Positions 43,391-54,318 are shown, counted from the first letter of the stretch. The stretch: DNA of 64,000 nt from Candidatus Omnitrophota bacterium (GCA_015232565.1 JADFZK010000011.1:358-64357); one strand, 5' to 3'. Notes: generated by a model from the sequence alone, not told the origin. Program-made: numbers and translations.

Positions 43391-45443
43391 AGTGTTTAAT
43401 GAAATAATCCTGGGCATTGAACCGGTCTTCCTCGGCTTTACGAAAAGAATACGTGCGCTGGCTTAATAACAGGCGCACCCGTTGATTGTCTTTCCAGGTC
43501 TGTTCCAGGACGAACCGCAAATGATCCTTGAGTTCCTGGCGATGGATCTCGAACAAGAGCTCGATGCGCCGGTCCAGGTTTCGGCTCATCCAGTCGGCGG
43601 AAGAAAGGAACATCCGGAACTCCGAATTATTATTGAACAGGAATATCCGGCTGTGCTCCAGGAAGCGTCCCACCAGGCTTTTCACCACGATGTTCTCGCT
43701 TAACCCCGGCACTCCGGGCACCAGCACGCAAATACCGCGCACGATCAAATGTACCTTTACCCCCTCGCGCGACGCCTCATAAAGCTTATCGATCATCCGG
43801 GTGTCTTCCAGCGAATTCATCTTGGCAAACACAAACCCGTTCTTGTACGCCCGCTGGAATTCGATCTCTTTATCAATAAGCTCAAAGAAATATTCCCGCA
43901 GGTCATAAGGGGATGAGATCACCCGCTTCCAGCGCGCCGGCTGGGAATACCCGGAGATCACATTGAACACGTCCGAAATATCCCGGGCAAAATCATCGTT
44001 GGCCGTAAAATAGCCGATATCAGTATAAACCCGGGCGGTCTTTTCATTATAATTGCCGGTGGACAAATGCACATAACGCCGGGTGCGGTTCTCTTCCCGG
44101 CGGACAATGAGCGTGATCTTGGAGTGGATCTTCATGCCCGCAATGCCATAGATCACATAACACCCGGATTCTTCCAGCTGGCGCGCCCAGCCGATGTTGC
44201 GCTCTTCGTCAAACCGGGCCTTGATCTCCACCAGCACCGTGACCTGCTTTTTATTCTTGGCCGCCGTTTTCAGCGCCTGAACTATTTCCGAATCCTCACT
44301 GGCGCGGTAAAGCGTCATTTTGATGGCCAGCACGTTGGGGTCGACCGCGGCCGCCTTGATCAGGTCTACCGTCGGCTGAAAAGACTGGTAGGGCATATGC
44401 AGGATGAAATCTTCTTCCTTTATACGGTCGAAAATATTCTCGTACTGCATCCTGGCCGGCGAGTATGACGGATAGAACAAGGCCGGGACTCCCGCCAACC
44501 CCACCAGCTGGAACAGGAAAGTAAGGTCTATTTCCCCGTTGATACGGGTAACTTCCTCCTTGAAAAAACCGGCCGCTTCCATGACCGCGTCGAGCAAAAG
44601 TTCCGGGCACGATTGCTCCACGGATAATTGCACCACCTTGGCCCGCGGGCGCTTCTTGATCTCTTCCTCGATCGATTCCAGCAGGTTCGGAGAAAATTCC
44701 TCGTCCACCGAAAGCTCGCTGTCGCGGATCAGCCTAAAGAGCGAAGCCCCGGTGATCTCATAACCGCGAAAAAAACTTTTCAGGTTATCGCGAATGATCT
44801 CGTCGATCAAAATGAACTCGAAAGAATCCTTGGCCGAAGGCAGTTTAACGATACGCGGAATGCTTTGCGGCACCGGGATGACCGCCAGATGGATAAGTTC
44901 CTGGTGCAAAAGATGCACCGCAAAAGCCAGCGTTTTGGAAGCCAGCACCGGGAACGGATGGCCCTGATCGATAGCCATGGGCGTAATTATCGGATACAAG
45001 GTGGAGTCGAAAAAACGTTTAGCAAATTTCTGCTGGTCGGCGGTCAACTCGCCGATCCGCCGGATGAAAATATTGTTCCGGGCCAGCTCGGGCTTAAGTT
45101 TCTGCTCGTAAATGCCATAAAGCCTTTCCACCAACTGAGCCGTGGTTTCGCGCACCTCGCGGTACACGTCCTGCGGATAATAACCGTAGATATCCTGCCG
45201 GTTATACTGGGCATCAAGCAGGCGCTTTAAGCCGGCCACCCGCACCATGATGAATTCGTCCAGGTTATTGGCAAAAATAGCCAGAAACCGCGCCCGTTCC
45301 AGCAGGGGATTCTCCGGTTCATCGGCCTCTTCCAGCACGCGGCCGTTAAACGCCAGCCAGCTTAAATCACGATGGATAAAACGATCCCGCTCATCCGGAG
45401 CCGGCGCAGAATTTACCTTTGGATCAGACATAGGAACCTTCAA
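43383..45443 (-). CDS. ppk1: Polyphosphate kinase 1
   Basis: RDLSWLAFN.RVL, NLDEF..VRVAGL, EIKARFDE, KIHSK, TGNYN, SSADWM.RNLDRR. Confidence 0.98.
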   Translation of the reverse strand: MKVPMSDPKVNSAPAPDERDRFIHRDLSWLAFNGRVLEEADEPENPLLERARFLAIFANNLDEFIMVRVAGLKRLLDAQYNRQDIYGYYPQDVYREVRETTAQLVERLYGIYEQKLKPELARNNIFIRRIGELTADQQKFAKRFFDSTLYPIITPMAIDQGHPFPVLASKTLAFAVHLLHQELIHLAVIPVPQSIPRIVKLPSAKDSFEFILIDEIIRDNLKSFFRGYEITGASLFRLIRDSELSVDEEFSPNLLESIEEEIKKRPRAKVVQLSVEQSCPELLLDAVMEAAGFFKEEVTRINGEIDLTFLFQLVGLAGVPALFYPSYSPARMQYENIFDRIKEEDFILHMPYQSFQPTVDLIKAAAVDPNVLAIKMTLYRASEDSEIVQALKTAAKNKKQVTVLVEIKARFDEERNIGWARQLEESGCYVIYGIAGMKIHSKITLIVRREENRTRRYVHLSTGNYNEKTARVYTDIGYFTANDDFARDISDVFNVISGYSQPARWKRVISSPYDLREYFFELIDKEIEFQRAYKNGFVFAKMNSLEDTRMIDKLYEASREGVKVHLIVRGICVLVPGVPGLSENIVVKSLVGRFLEHSRIFLFNNNSEFRMFLSSADWMSRNLDRRIELLFEIHRQELKDHLRFVLEQTWKDNQRVRLLLSQRTYSFRKAEEDRFNAQDYFIKHYG

Positions 45444-46972
45444 AAACTTTCGTTGATCACCAGCCGGATCCGGCTGCCGGTTATACGTTCAAAAAGCTCT
45501 TTCTTTTCCAGGAAGTCATTCTTCTCCAGGAGAAAATTATCCCGCGAATCCACCTGCAGGGTAACATCATCACTGGTGCCGTTGAGCACCTTTAATTCCT
45601 GCACTTTCTGCCGATGCGCATGGTCCAGCGCATTGGCAATGCGCAAAAGCGCCGACAGTTTTTGCACCGCGATCTGACGGTCGTCCGACAGGCTGTTATA
45701 CACCAGATGCGACCTCTGCGGATCGCCCCGGCGATGATAACGCGCCACGCAAGCGATAGTCTTGATCTCTTCGTCAGTAAGGCGGAAAAGATTCAGTGAA
45801 CTAATGATATATTCCGAATGTTTGTGGTGCGCGCGATTGGAAATGAACTTGCCGATATCGTGCAGATAAGCCGCCAGGCTCAGGTAAAGCAGGTCGCGTT
45901 CCTCCAGCCCCAGCTGTGCCCCCAAACCCTCAAAAAGCACCTTGGCCAGGTGGGCCACATGCTTGGAATGATCGATATTAACATTGTATTGCTCGCAGAT
46001 CGAGTGCGCCACCGACAAAAGCTGATTGGACTTGTTATACCTTCTCGAAAGCTCCAGCCCCAGCACTTTATTGGCCAGCACCGCCTCGGCCAGCGAAGTC
46101 TCCAGGATATAGACGTGCGGAATGCCCGTTAATTCAAAGAACATCTTAAGGACCACCATGTAAGGCAAAAGCGCCTCGGTGTTCTCTACCGGCAGGTCGT
46201 AATCGTGGGCCACTTCCTCATTGGTCTTTTCGGTCAACTCGGTAATAACTTTGTCCACCTCGTTAACACTGAACTGAAAGAAATTGGTCGAAACCTTCTT
46301 GCTCGGCAGGATGGCTTTTAACAGGTCCTGGTTCTCGTCGATCAGGAAAATATCATCCACATGCAGGCGCGGCAGGCGCGTCTTAAGGTAACGAAACTCG
46401 TTCTCGATATATTCATGCACCGCTTCCGCCAGCTCTTCCTTACTGCCGTCGATCTTGCCCGTCAGCTGTTTAAACCGCAACGCGCCCAGGGCCAGCCCGG
46501 TGTTCATCAGGGTAAACCCTTTTTTCAAGATCGAGATATCCAGGCTGCCCGCCCCCATTTCAGCGATCAGCAGATTCTTGTTATGAACGGGATAAGTACC
46601 TTTCAATTTGTGGGAAATATAAGCGTCAATGTAGTAAACAATGTCGCCGACATTAAGCACATCGATCTCGAGCCCCGTCTTGCGCCGTACCGTATCCACG
46701 AAAATATTCCGGTTATCCGCTTCCCGCACCGCGGTGGTGCCGATCACGAACACCTGGTTTACATTGTATTCCCGCAGGATCTTTTTATATTTCTCGAGGG
46801 TGTTGATGGTGAGATTAATGAGTTCCTGCGAAATGCTCCCTTTGAGGAAAGTGGCCCGCCCGATAGGCACCACGTTCTTCAGGGACTCGATGATCATAAT
46901 ATCGCCGTCGGAAGGCTCACCGATAAGCAGCTTGATGGAATTGGATCCTATATCAATTACACCGCTAGCCAT
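45440..46972 (-). CDS. ppx: Ppx/GppA family phosphatase with HD domain (atypical active-site motifs)
   Basis: IDIGSNS, TTAVREA.N, LHDIG, HHKHS, ARYHR. Confidence 0.85.
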   Translation of the reverse strand: MASGVIDIGSNSIKLLIGEPSDGDIMIIESLKNVVPIGRATFLKGSISQELINLTINTLEKYKKILREYNVNQVFVIGTTAVREADNRNIFVDTVRRKTGLEIDVLNVGDIVYYIDAYISHKLKGTYPVHNKNLLIAEMGAGSLDISILKKGFTLMNTGLALGALRFKQLTGKIDGSKEELAEAVHEYIENEFRYLKTRLPRLHVDDIFLIDENQDLLKAILPSKKVSTNFFQFSVNEVDKVITELTEKTNEEVAHDYDLPVENTEALLPYMVVLKMFFELTGIPHVYILETSLAEAVLANKVLGLELSRRYNKSNQLLSVAHSICEQYNVNIDHSKHVAHLAKVLFEGLGAQLGLEERDLLYLSLAAYLHDIGKFISNRAHHKHSEYIISSLNLFRLTDEEIKTIACVARYHRRGDPQRSHLVYNSLSDDRQIAVQKLSALLRIANALDHAHRQKVQELKVLNGTSDDVTLQVDSRDNFLLEKNDFLEKKELFERITGSRIRLVINESF

Positions 46973-46976
46973 ATTC

Positions 46977-49415
46977 TTAACCCGTACGCACCTTGAGCAT
47001 ATCGCCCAACTGCCCAAAACTTTTCAGCCAGTCCACCGCCCCCGCATCCCCGGCGGCCGCCTGGGCGCGTTTTTCCCGTTCTGCAGTCTGGGCTATAGCA
47101 TAATAAATATTCTGCGCTTTCCAGTAATCCTGGTCCAGCCGTAAACTGGCCAGCAAACGCACCAGTTCACTGATATTCTCCAGCAAAGCGCCGTCATTGG
47201 GATTACGTGCAAAACGCGCCATCAATTCATTGACCTTGTGCCCGCCGGTAAATTCCAGCTGTTCCTTGCCGCGGTTAAACGGCCAGCGGCTGATCTCGCT
47301 GACCATCCGCCGCAGTTTGTCCAGCGGCACATCCGGCATGGCCAACAGCCGCAGGATATCGCGGTTCAGCACAAACTCCACTACGCCGGACAAAGTCTTG
47401 GGCAGGGGCATATGATTTTCATTGATCATCCGGATCAGCGAATAATGGTCCTCGTATATCCGGCGGAACGACGCCTCGACCTCACGCATCGTGGATTCAA
47501 AGATACTGTCCAGAATAGACTGCTGTTCCTGCCGGAACAAATGCCAGAGAGAATAATTCTTCGAACCGAAATAACGGTTGATAACATGAATAGCGCGCGG
47601 AATATCGCCCTCGGAAAATATTTGCAAAACCTCCTGGCGCATCTTGTTGAACCAGGCGTCATCGCGATAGTAATCCACTCCGGTAATAAAATTATGATCT
47701 CCCAGGTGCAAAACAATATAATGCACCTCAAACTTGGTCCAGGTGACCTCGGAAATGATCTCGCAATGGCCGGCCACCAGGGCCAGCTTGCCGACGGTCT
47801 GCTTGTCGTGCACCTTACGGATGACCTTAAAACAATACAGGTCGGCTTCCGGCGGATAATCCTGATACAGCGAGCTCATGGCGTAATGCGCGCCGACCCG
47901 CAGGATATCCACGATCGAAGGCTCCACATAGGTCTTGTAGATCCGCGCCCCGTTATTGGCCTCGGGCACATTGCTTTTGGCCTTACCCAGGATCTCGATA
48001 AACCCCAGCTCCAGGTCCTCCTCGGTAACGCGGCGCACCAGCTGGATAACCCGGGCAGCATACTTGATTATCTGTACGGTCTCGATGCCGGATATATCAT
48101 CAAAAAACCAGCCGCAACTGGTATACATCAGCAAGGCATTGCGCTGGGTTTCCAGACAACGCAGGATGCGGTTCTTTTCTTTAAGCTCCAACCCCGGGCG
48201 AATATGCTCGCTGAAGAAAAGCTCCACATTGGCGTGCGTACGGTCCAGAATGACCTCAATATAAGCATCCCGGAGTTTCCAGGGTCCGTTGGGCTCCGGC
48301 ACATAAGCCTTTAATTCCCGCACAAAAACTTCGGCCGTACGGTCGCGCAACCAGTCGAGCGCCTCCCGCAGGGGAGCGCGCCACTCCTGTTGCCACCCTG
48401 GTCGGCCGCCGGAATTGCAGCCGCAATTATCCCGCCAGCGCTCGATCCCGTGCAGACAACTCCAGGAGCTGTTCTCCACGATCTCCACCTCATACTCGGG
48501 CGGATTGCGCTCCAGATACTCGCCGTAAATAGTGATGCCGGCCAGATTGTTCTTTTCCACATAATACAAAGCGTATGCCAGCGCCATATCACCAAACTTG
48601 TGATGATGGCCGTAACTTTCGCCGTCGGTCGCAATATGCACCAATTGCGGTTTGGCCGTACGGCGGTCCAGCGCGCCCAGAATGCGGTTGGCCAGGGCCT
48701 CGCCGCTGTTCAAAAGCCCTTCAAAAGCCACCGCCTGGGAAATATGGCCGTCATAAAAGAATAAGGCTATAGTGCGGCCCGACGGCAGACGACACAAATA
48801 AGGCCTCCGCAGATCGATAGCCTCAGCGTCTTCCTCATTCCAGGTTCGACTGGCAGTGATCTTTTTAGCCCGTTTGGCCTGATGCGGCGCCAGCACCGTG
48901 AACTTAATACCCTGCTCGGCCATCAGGTCCAGGCTCTCAAGGTCCACAGCGGTCTCGGCCAGCCACATGCCTTCCGGCCGGCGCTGAAAGCGCGACTCGA
49001 AATCCTCGATCCCCCAGATTATCTGTGTCCGCTTGTCGGCCGCATTGGCCAGCGGCATGATCATGTGATTATAAACCTGCGCCATGGCCGACCCGTGGCC
49101 GGAAAAACGCGTACGGCTTAACCGGTCAGCCTCCAGCACCGAGCGGTAAGCATCAGGGTCCTTTTTTTCCATCCAGGAAAGCAGGGTGGCCCCCATGTTA
49201 AAACTTATTTTGGAATAGGTGTTCACGATCTCAACTACCCGGCCCTCATTGTCCAGGATCCGGGAAGCCCCGTTACGGGCGTAGCATTCGGTGGAAATGC
49301 GCTCGTTCCAGTCGTGATACGGCTGGGCAGATTCCTGCAATTCCACCTCTTCCAGCCACGGATTCTCGCGCGGCGGCTGATAAAAATGCCCATGGATACA
49401 TATGAATTTATTCAT
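46977..49415 (-). CDS. GH57 family glycoside hydrolase with DUF3536
   Basis: IHGHFYQPPRENPW, HMIMPL, WLAETAVD, ATDGESYGHH, MYTSCGWFFDD. Confidence 0.9.
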   Translation of the reverse strand: MNKFICIHGHFYQPPRENPWLEEVELQESAQPYHDWNERISTECYARNGASRILDNEGRVVEIVNTYSKISFNMGATLLSWMEKKDPDAYRSVLEADRLSRTRFSGHGSAMAQVYNHMIMPLANAADKRTQIIWGIEDFESRFQRRPEGMWLAETAVDLESLDLMAEQGIKFTVLAPHQAKRAKKITASRTWNEEDAEAIDLRRPYLCRLPSGRTIALFFYDGHISQAVAFEGLLNSGEALANRILGALDRRTAKPQLVHIATDGESYGHHHKFGDMALAYALYYVEKNNLAGITIYGEYLERNPPEYEVEIVENSSWSCLHGIERWRDNCGCNSGGRPGWQQEWRAPLREALDWLRDRTAEVFVRELKAYVPEPNGPWKLRDAYIEVILDRTHANVELFFSEHIRPGLELKEKNRILRCLETQRNALLMYTSCGWFFDDISGIETVQIIKYAARVIQLVRRVTEEDLELGFIEILGKAKSNVPEANNGARIYKTYVEPSIVDILRVGAHYAMSSLYQDYPPEADLYCFKVIRKVHDKQTVGKLALVAGHCEIISEVTWTKFEVHYIVLHLGDHNFITGVDYYRDDAWFNKMRQEVLQIFSEGDIPRAIHVINRYFGSKNYSLWHLFRQEQQSILDSIFESTMREVEASFRRIYEDHYSLIRMINENHMPLPKTLSGVVEFVLNRDILRLLAMPDVPLDKLRRMVSEISRWPFNRGKEQLEFTGGHKVNELMARFARNPNDGALLENISELVRLLASLRLDQDYWKAQNIYYAIAQTAEREKRAQAAAGDAGAVDWLKSFGQLGDMLKVRTG

Positions 49416-49543
49416 CGGAACCTAAACCTCTCACCTTAATAGAAAACCCGTCCTGGTGTAGCGTGTCTGTCGCTTCTTTACATTTGAAGAGCATCTTGTT
49501 TTCGAACGTATAGGAAAGCATTTTATACTCGCCTGTACCATAA

Positions 49544-49602
49544 AAACTTTCGTGATAATGCTTAACGGCCGGAAAACTGTGCCGCTAAACATTATCACGA
49601 AA
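49544..49602 (-). terminator. Long (~22-bp stem) terminator after glgB
   Basis: TTTCGTGATAATGTTTAGCGGC...GCCGTTAAGCATTATCACGAAA followed by GTTTTT on the minus strand. Confidence 0.7.
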
Positions 49603-49618
49603 ACATTATCCTCGGCAC

Positions 49619-51631
49619 TTAACGCGTAATGCGAAAAAACGTCACGCTTAAAGGCGGCAAGCGCAGGTTAAGCGAATGCTCACGGCCATTCCAGCCGATC
49701 GCCTCGCTCATTACTCCGCCGGCATTACCCTTGTTGCTTCCACCATACAGCGCGGCATCCGAATTCAACAGTTCCCGCCAATATCCCGGCTGAGGCACCC
49801 CCACCCGGTAATTGTCCCGCATGACAGGAGTGAAATTACACACCACCAGAATATCCTCACTACGATTCCCGGTTTTGCGCACCCAGGTCAGCACACAATC
49901 CTCCCAGGCCCCGCACTCGATCCATTCAAAGCCGTGATGGCTGAAATCGTCCGCATAGAGCGCCGGTTCACGGCGATACATCGCATTGAGATCCTGCATC
50001 CACTTCTGCGCGCCCTGATGCGGCTGCCAGTTTAACAAATGCCAGTCGAGGCTGGTCTGATAGTTCCATTCATCCCACTGCCCGAACTCGCCGCCCATAA
50101 AATGCAGTTTCTTGCCCGGCTGACCGAACATATACCCGAACAACAGGCGCAAATTAGCGAACTTCTGCCAATCGTCCCCGGGCATTTTATTGAGCAAAGC
50201 GCCCTTGCCATGTACCACCTCGTCGTGCGACAGGGACATCATGAAATTCTCGGTGAACGCATAAAGCAGGCCGAAAGTAAGCTGACCATGATGATGCTTG
50301 CGGTAGACCGGGTCCTTGGTGAAATACACCAAAGTATCGTGCATCCAGCCCATGTTCCATTTCATGCCAAACCCCAGGCCGCCATCCCAAACCGGCTTGG
50401 ACACTTTGGTCCAGGCCGTGGACTCCTCGGCAGTCATCAAAATATCCGGATGCGCCGCGTACACCGCTTCGTTCAGGCGCTTGATGAAGTCGATCGCTTC
50501 CAGGTTTTCGCGCCCGCCAAAACAATTCGGGATCCACTCGCCTTCCTTGCGGGAATAATCCAGGTACAGCATGGAAGCCACGCCATCCACCCGCAAGCCA
50601 TCAGCATGATATTTGTCGAACCAGAACAAGGCGCTGGAAATAAGGTAATTGCGCACCTCAACCCGGCCGTAATTAAAGATCGAACTTTTCCAGTCCGGAT
50701 GGAACCCCTTACGCTGGTCTTCATGCTCATAAAGCGAAGTGCCGTCAAACTGGTAAAGCCCATGGCCGTCATTAGGAAAATGCGACGGGACCCAGTCAAT
50801 AAAAACCCCGATGTCGTTCTGGTGCATCTTGTCTATCAGGAACATCAGCTCCTGCGGTCCGCCAAAGAACGACGCCGGCGCAAAAAAACCGATCGTCTGA
50901 TAACCCCACGACCCCTGGAACGGATGCGCCAGTACCGGCATGAATTCCACGTGCGTATAACCCATCTTTTTTACATAAGCCACCAGCTTGTCGGCCATTT
51001 CCACATACGTCAGCGAACGATTGCCGTCTTCCGGAACGCGCATCCACGAACCCAAATGAACTTCGTATACCGAGATCGGCGCATTCAGGGCATTGTTGTT
51101 CTTGCGTTTTTCCATCCAGGCCTGATCGCGCCACTGATACTCCAGGTCCCACACGATACTCGCCGACTTGGGCGGAACTTCCGAATGACGCCCCATAGGA
51201 TCGGACTTTTCCAGCTCCCAGCCCTGCCGGGTACGGATATAATATTTATAATGATCCCCATGTCCCAGGCCCGCCACAAAACCTTCCCACACCCCGGATT
51301 GATCGCCGCGGCAGTTCAGCCTGGTCGCCTGGCGGTTCCAGCCATTAAAATCACCAATGACCGTGACCACTTCCGCGTTCGGCGCCCACACCGCAAACCA
51401 CACGCCCTTGACGCCATCGCGCTCAATAATATGCGCGCCCAGCTTGTCGTACAGATTAAAATGATTGCCTTCCCGGATAAGATGTATATCAAAGTCAGAC
51501 AGGTAGCAATTCACAGGTTTGTTCTCCTTTAAATAGCCCTGGGCTTCACAGACAACCTTCTTTGCTTCTTTGCGCGACACGGTGCGCGCCGGTTTTTTTA
51601 CTCGACCAGAAAGAAGTGTAGCTGTTGGCAT
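49619..51631 (-). CDS. glgB: 1,4-alpha-glucan branching enzyme
   Basis: FAVWAPNA, YEVHLGSW, SWGYQ, DGLRVDGVASM, AEES, SHDEVVHGK. Confidence 0.98.
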   Translation of the reverse strand: MPTATLLSGRVKKPARTVSRKEAKKVVCEAQGYLKENKPVNCYLSDFDIHLIREGNHFNLYDKLGAHIIERDGVKGVWFAVWAPNAEVVTVIGDFNGWNRQATRLNCRGDQSGVWEGFVAGLGHGDHYKYYIRTRQGWELEKSDPMGRHSEVPPKSASIVWDLEYQWRDQAWMEKRKNNNALNAPISVYEVHLGSWMRVPEDGNRSLTYVEMADKLVAYVKKMGYTHVEFMPVLAHPFQGSWGYQTIGFFAPASFFGGPQELMFLIDKMHQNDIGVFIDWVPSHFPNDGHGLYQFDGTSLYEHEDQRKGFHPDWKSSIFNYGRVEVRNYLISSALFWFDKYHADGLRVDGVASMLYLDYSRKEGEWIPNCFGGRENLEAIDFIKRLNEAVYAAHPDILMTAEESTAWTKVSKPVWDGGLGFGMKWNMGWMHDTLVYFTKDPVYRKHHHGQLTFGLLYAFTENFMMSLSHDEVVHGKGALLNKMPGDDWQKFANLRLLFGYMFGQPGKKLHFMGGEFGQWDEWNYQTSLDWHLLNWQPHQGAQKWMQDLNAMYRREPALYADDFSHHGFEWIECGAWEDCVLTWVRKTGNRSEDILVVCNFTPVMRDNYRVGVPQPGYWRELLNSDAALYGGSNKGNAGGVMSEAIGWNGREHSLNLRLPPLSVTFFRITR

Positions 51632-51711
51632 GATAACTCTCCATTGCAACGTTTGATTTTATATAAAAACCGCGCCGGTCCGGCCAGGCCATACAGCGCG
51701 TGACAAAAAGG

Positions 51712-54150
51712 TTATACTTTCCAGATCTCCCGGGCATATTCCCCAATGGTCCGGTCGCTGGAGAACGGCCCGGCCTTGGCCACATTAACGATCGCACGCC
51801 GGGTCCACTCTTCATGATCCTTGTAAAGCTCCGACACTTCGTCCTGGGCTTTGGAATACGCCTCAAAATCAGCGCACAACATGTAATAATCACCCCGGTA
51901 AATAGTGTCCAGCAAAGGCGCGAACAGGCCCTTTTGGCCGTTGGAGAACATATCACTTTCCAGGGCTCGGAACACTTCGCGTAAAGCCGGCGAGCGTTTG
52001 ATATATTCCCGCGGGTCATAACCGCCCTGGCGCAAGGCCAACACCTCATGCGCTTTCAAACCAAAAATAAATATGTTCTTCCCCTCCAGGCACTGCGCCA
52101 TTTCGATATTGGCCCCGTCGTAAGTACCGATCGTCAGCGCGCCGTTCAACATGAACTTCATGTTCCCGGTACCGGACGCTTCCATACCCGCGGTCGAGAT
52201 CTGTTCCGAAAGGTCGGCCGCCGGAATGATCTTCTCGGCCAGCGAAACCCGATAATTCTCCAGGAAAACCAGCCGGATCTTGTCGCGCACCGACTTGTCC
52301 TGCTCGATCGTGGCCGCCACGCTGTTAACAAAACGGATTATCAATTTAGCCAGAAAATATCCCGGCGCAGCCTTGCCGCCCACAATAAACGTCCGCGGCA
52401 TAATAAACTCGTAAGGCGCCGACTTGGCTTTCAAATATTGCGAAACGATGTACAGCGCAAAAAGAAACTGGCGCTTGTATTCATGTATGCGCTTGACCTG
52501 CACATCAAAAAGTGAATTCGGGTCGACCGGCACTTTCAGCGTGCGGGTAATGATCTCCGCCAAGGCGTTCTTGTTAACCTGCTTTATAGCCCGCCAGCGG
52601 CGACGGAATTCCTTGTTGTCTTTATGCTCTTCCAGCCTTTGCAGCAGATCCAGGTTGGTAACCCACTTGTCGCCGATGGTCTCGGTGATCAGGTCGGCCA
52701 GGCGCGGGTTGGCCTTCAACAGCCAGCGGCGCGGCGTTATGCCATTAGTCTTGTTATTGAACCGGCCCGGGAACATCTCGTTAAAATCCCGAAACAAAAC
52801 ACTCTGCAACAACTGCGAATGCAAGGCCGAAACCCCGTTCACCGAGAAACTGCCCACAATGGCCAGATACGCCATGCGCGCTTTCTTAGGGCTGCCTTCC
52901 TCAATGATCGACATCCGGCGTAACCGGTCCGCGTCGCCCGGGAATTTCCGCGCCACCTCGTCCAGGAACCGCCGGTTCACCTCATAAATTATATCCAAAT
53001 GCCGAGGCAAAACCTTCCCCAACAAATCCACAGTCCAGCACTCCAGGGCCTCGGGCATCAGAGTATGATTGGTATACGCAAAAGTCCGGGTGGTTATCTG
53101 CCAGGCCTCGTCCCAGCCCAGGCCTTCCTGGTCGATCAAAACCCGCATCAGTTCCACCACGGCCAAGGTCGGATGCGTATCGTTAAGCTGAATACAGGCC
53201 TTCTCATGGAACAAGCGGATATCATTATTATCGCCTTTATGCCGGCGGATAATGTCCGCGATCGAGGCGGCAGTGAAAAAATATTCCTGCTTGAGCCGCA
53301 GTTCCTTGCCCTGGCTCACATTGTCGTTAGGATACAAAACCTTGGAAATGCTTTCCGACTGGATCTTCTGATGGACCGCTTTTTCATAATCGCCGTGATT
53401 AAAAGAATCAAATTCGAACTCGTCCGTCGCCCGGGCCGACCACAAACGCAAAGTGTTCACCACGTCATTCTTGTAGCCGGGGATCGGGGTATCATAAGGC
53501 ACGGCCATTACCGCTTCGGCATCCACCCAGGAAGAACCGGTCCGGATGCTTTTATCGCTGCGGCCATAGAACTGCACTTTCACCGCATATTCCGGACGGG
53601 GGATCTCCCAGGGATTGCCATTGCGCATCCACTCGTCGGGGATCTCCAGCTGTTCACCATTCTTGATCTTCTGATTAAAAATACCGTAATCATAACGAAT
53701 CCCGTAACCGTGCCCGGCGATACCCAAAGTAGCCATTGAGTCCAGAAAACAAGCGGCCAGGCGGCCCAGCCCGCCATTACCCAGGCCGGCGTCCATCTCT
53801 TCATTACGAACGGCATCGAGATTAATATCCAGCTCCCGCAAAGCCGCTTCAATATCTTTCTCCTTGCCGAGATTGAACATGTAATTACCCAGCAAACGGC
53901 CGATCAAAAACTCCATGGAGAGATAATAAACCCGGCGGGTATTCTTTTCATGATAACGGCTTTGGGTATTCATCCAGCGCTCTACGATACGATGCCGGAC
54001 GGTTAAAGCCAGGGCATGGAAATTATCCAAAGTCGTTGCGGTCCTTTGGTTTTTGGCCAGATAATGCGCGCGAATATCCTGCAGGGAGAACTTGATGTCT
54101 TCTTTGCTCATGTCCACATTGATATCATACTTATCGGCAGGTAGCGACAT
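51712..54150 (-). CDS. glgP: Glycogen/alpha-glucan phosphorylase
   Basis: LGNGGLGRLAACFLDS, LNDTHP, KRIHEYKRQ, EASGTGNMKF. Confidence 0.98.
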   Translation of the reverse strand: MSLPADKYDINVDMSKEDIKFSLQDIRAHYLAKNQRTATTLDNFHALALTVRHRIVERWMNTQSRYHEKNTRRVYYLSMEFLIGRLLGNYMFNLGKEKDIEAALRELDINLDAVRNEEMDAGLGNGGLGRLAACFLDSMATLGIAGHGYGIRYDYGIFNQKIKNGEQLEIPDEWMRNGNPWEIPRPEYAVKVQFYGRSDKSIRTGSSWVDAEAVMAVPYDTPIPGYKNDVVNTLRLWSARATDEFEFDSFNHGDYEKAVHQKIQSESISKVLYPNDNVSQGKELRLKQEYFFTAASIADIIRRHKGDNNDIRLFHEKACIQLNDTHPTLAVVELMRVLIDQEGLGWDEAWQITTRTFAYTNHTLMPEALECWTVDLLGKVLPRHLDIIYEVNRRFLDEVARKFPGDADRLRRMSIIEEGSPKKARMAYLAIVGSFSVNGVSALHSQLLQSVLFRDFNEMFPGRFNNKTNGITPRRWLLKANPRLADLITETIGDKWVTNLDLLQRLEEHKDNKEFRRRWRAIKQVNKNALAEIITRTLKVPVDPNSLFDVQVKRIHEYKRQFLFALYIVSQYLKAKSAPYEFIMPRTFIVGGKAAPGYFLAKLIIRFVNSVAATIEQDKSVRDKIRLVFLENYRVSLAEKIIPAADLSEQISTAGMEASGTGNMKFMLNGALTIGTYDGANIEMAQCLEGKNIFIFGLKAHEVLALRQGGYDPREYIKRSPALREVFRALESDMFSNGQKGLFAPLLDTIYRGDYYMLCADFEAYSKAQDEVSELYKDHEEWTRRAIVNVAKAGPFSSDRTIGEYAREIWKV

Positions 54151-54217
54151 AAGGCTCCTTTATTAAGTCTGTTCAATAAACCGTTGCACAAAAAGAAGTT
54201 ACATCTCAAGTTTTTAG

Positions 54218-54245
54218 ATTATATCTGGCCCGGCCATTGCGTCAA
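54218..54245 (-). promoter_or_regulatory. Putative sigma70 promoter of glgP-glgB
   Basis: TTGACG-16 nt-TATAAT. Confidence 0.6.
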
Positions 54246-54318
54246 CAAAATTCTGCGAGCCTGAACAAAAAATGCCAAGGGAAAGCAGTTTTAGCGGTTA
54301 CGAACGTGCTAATAACAC

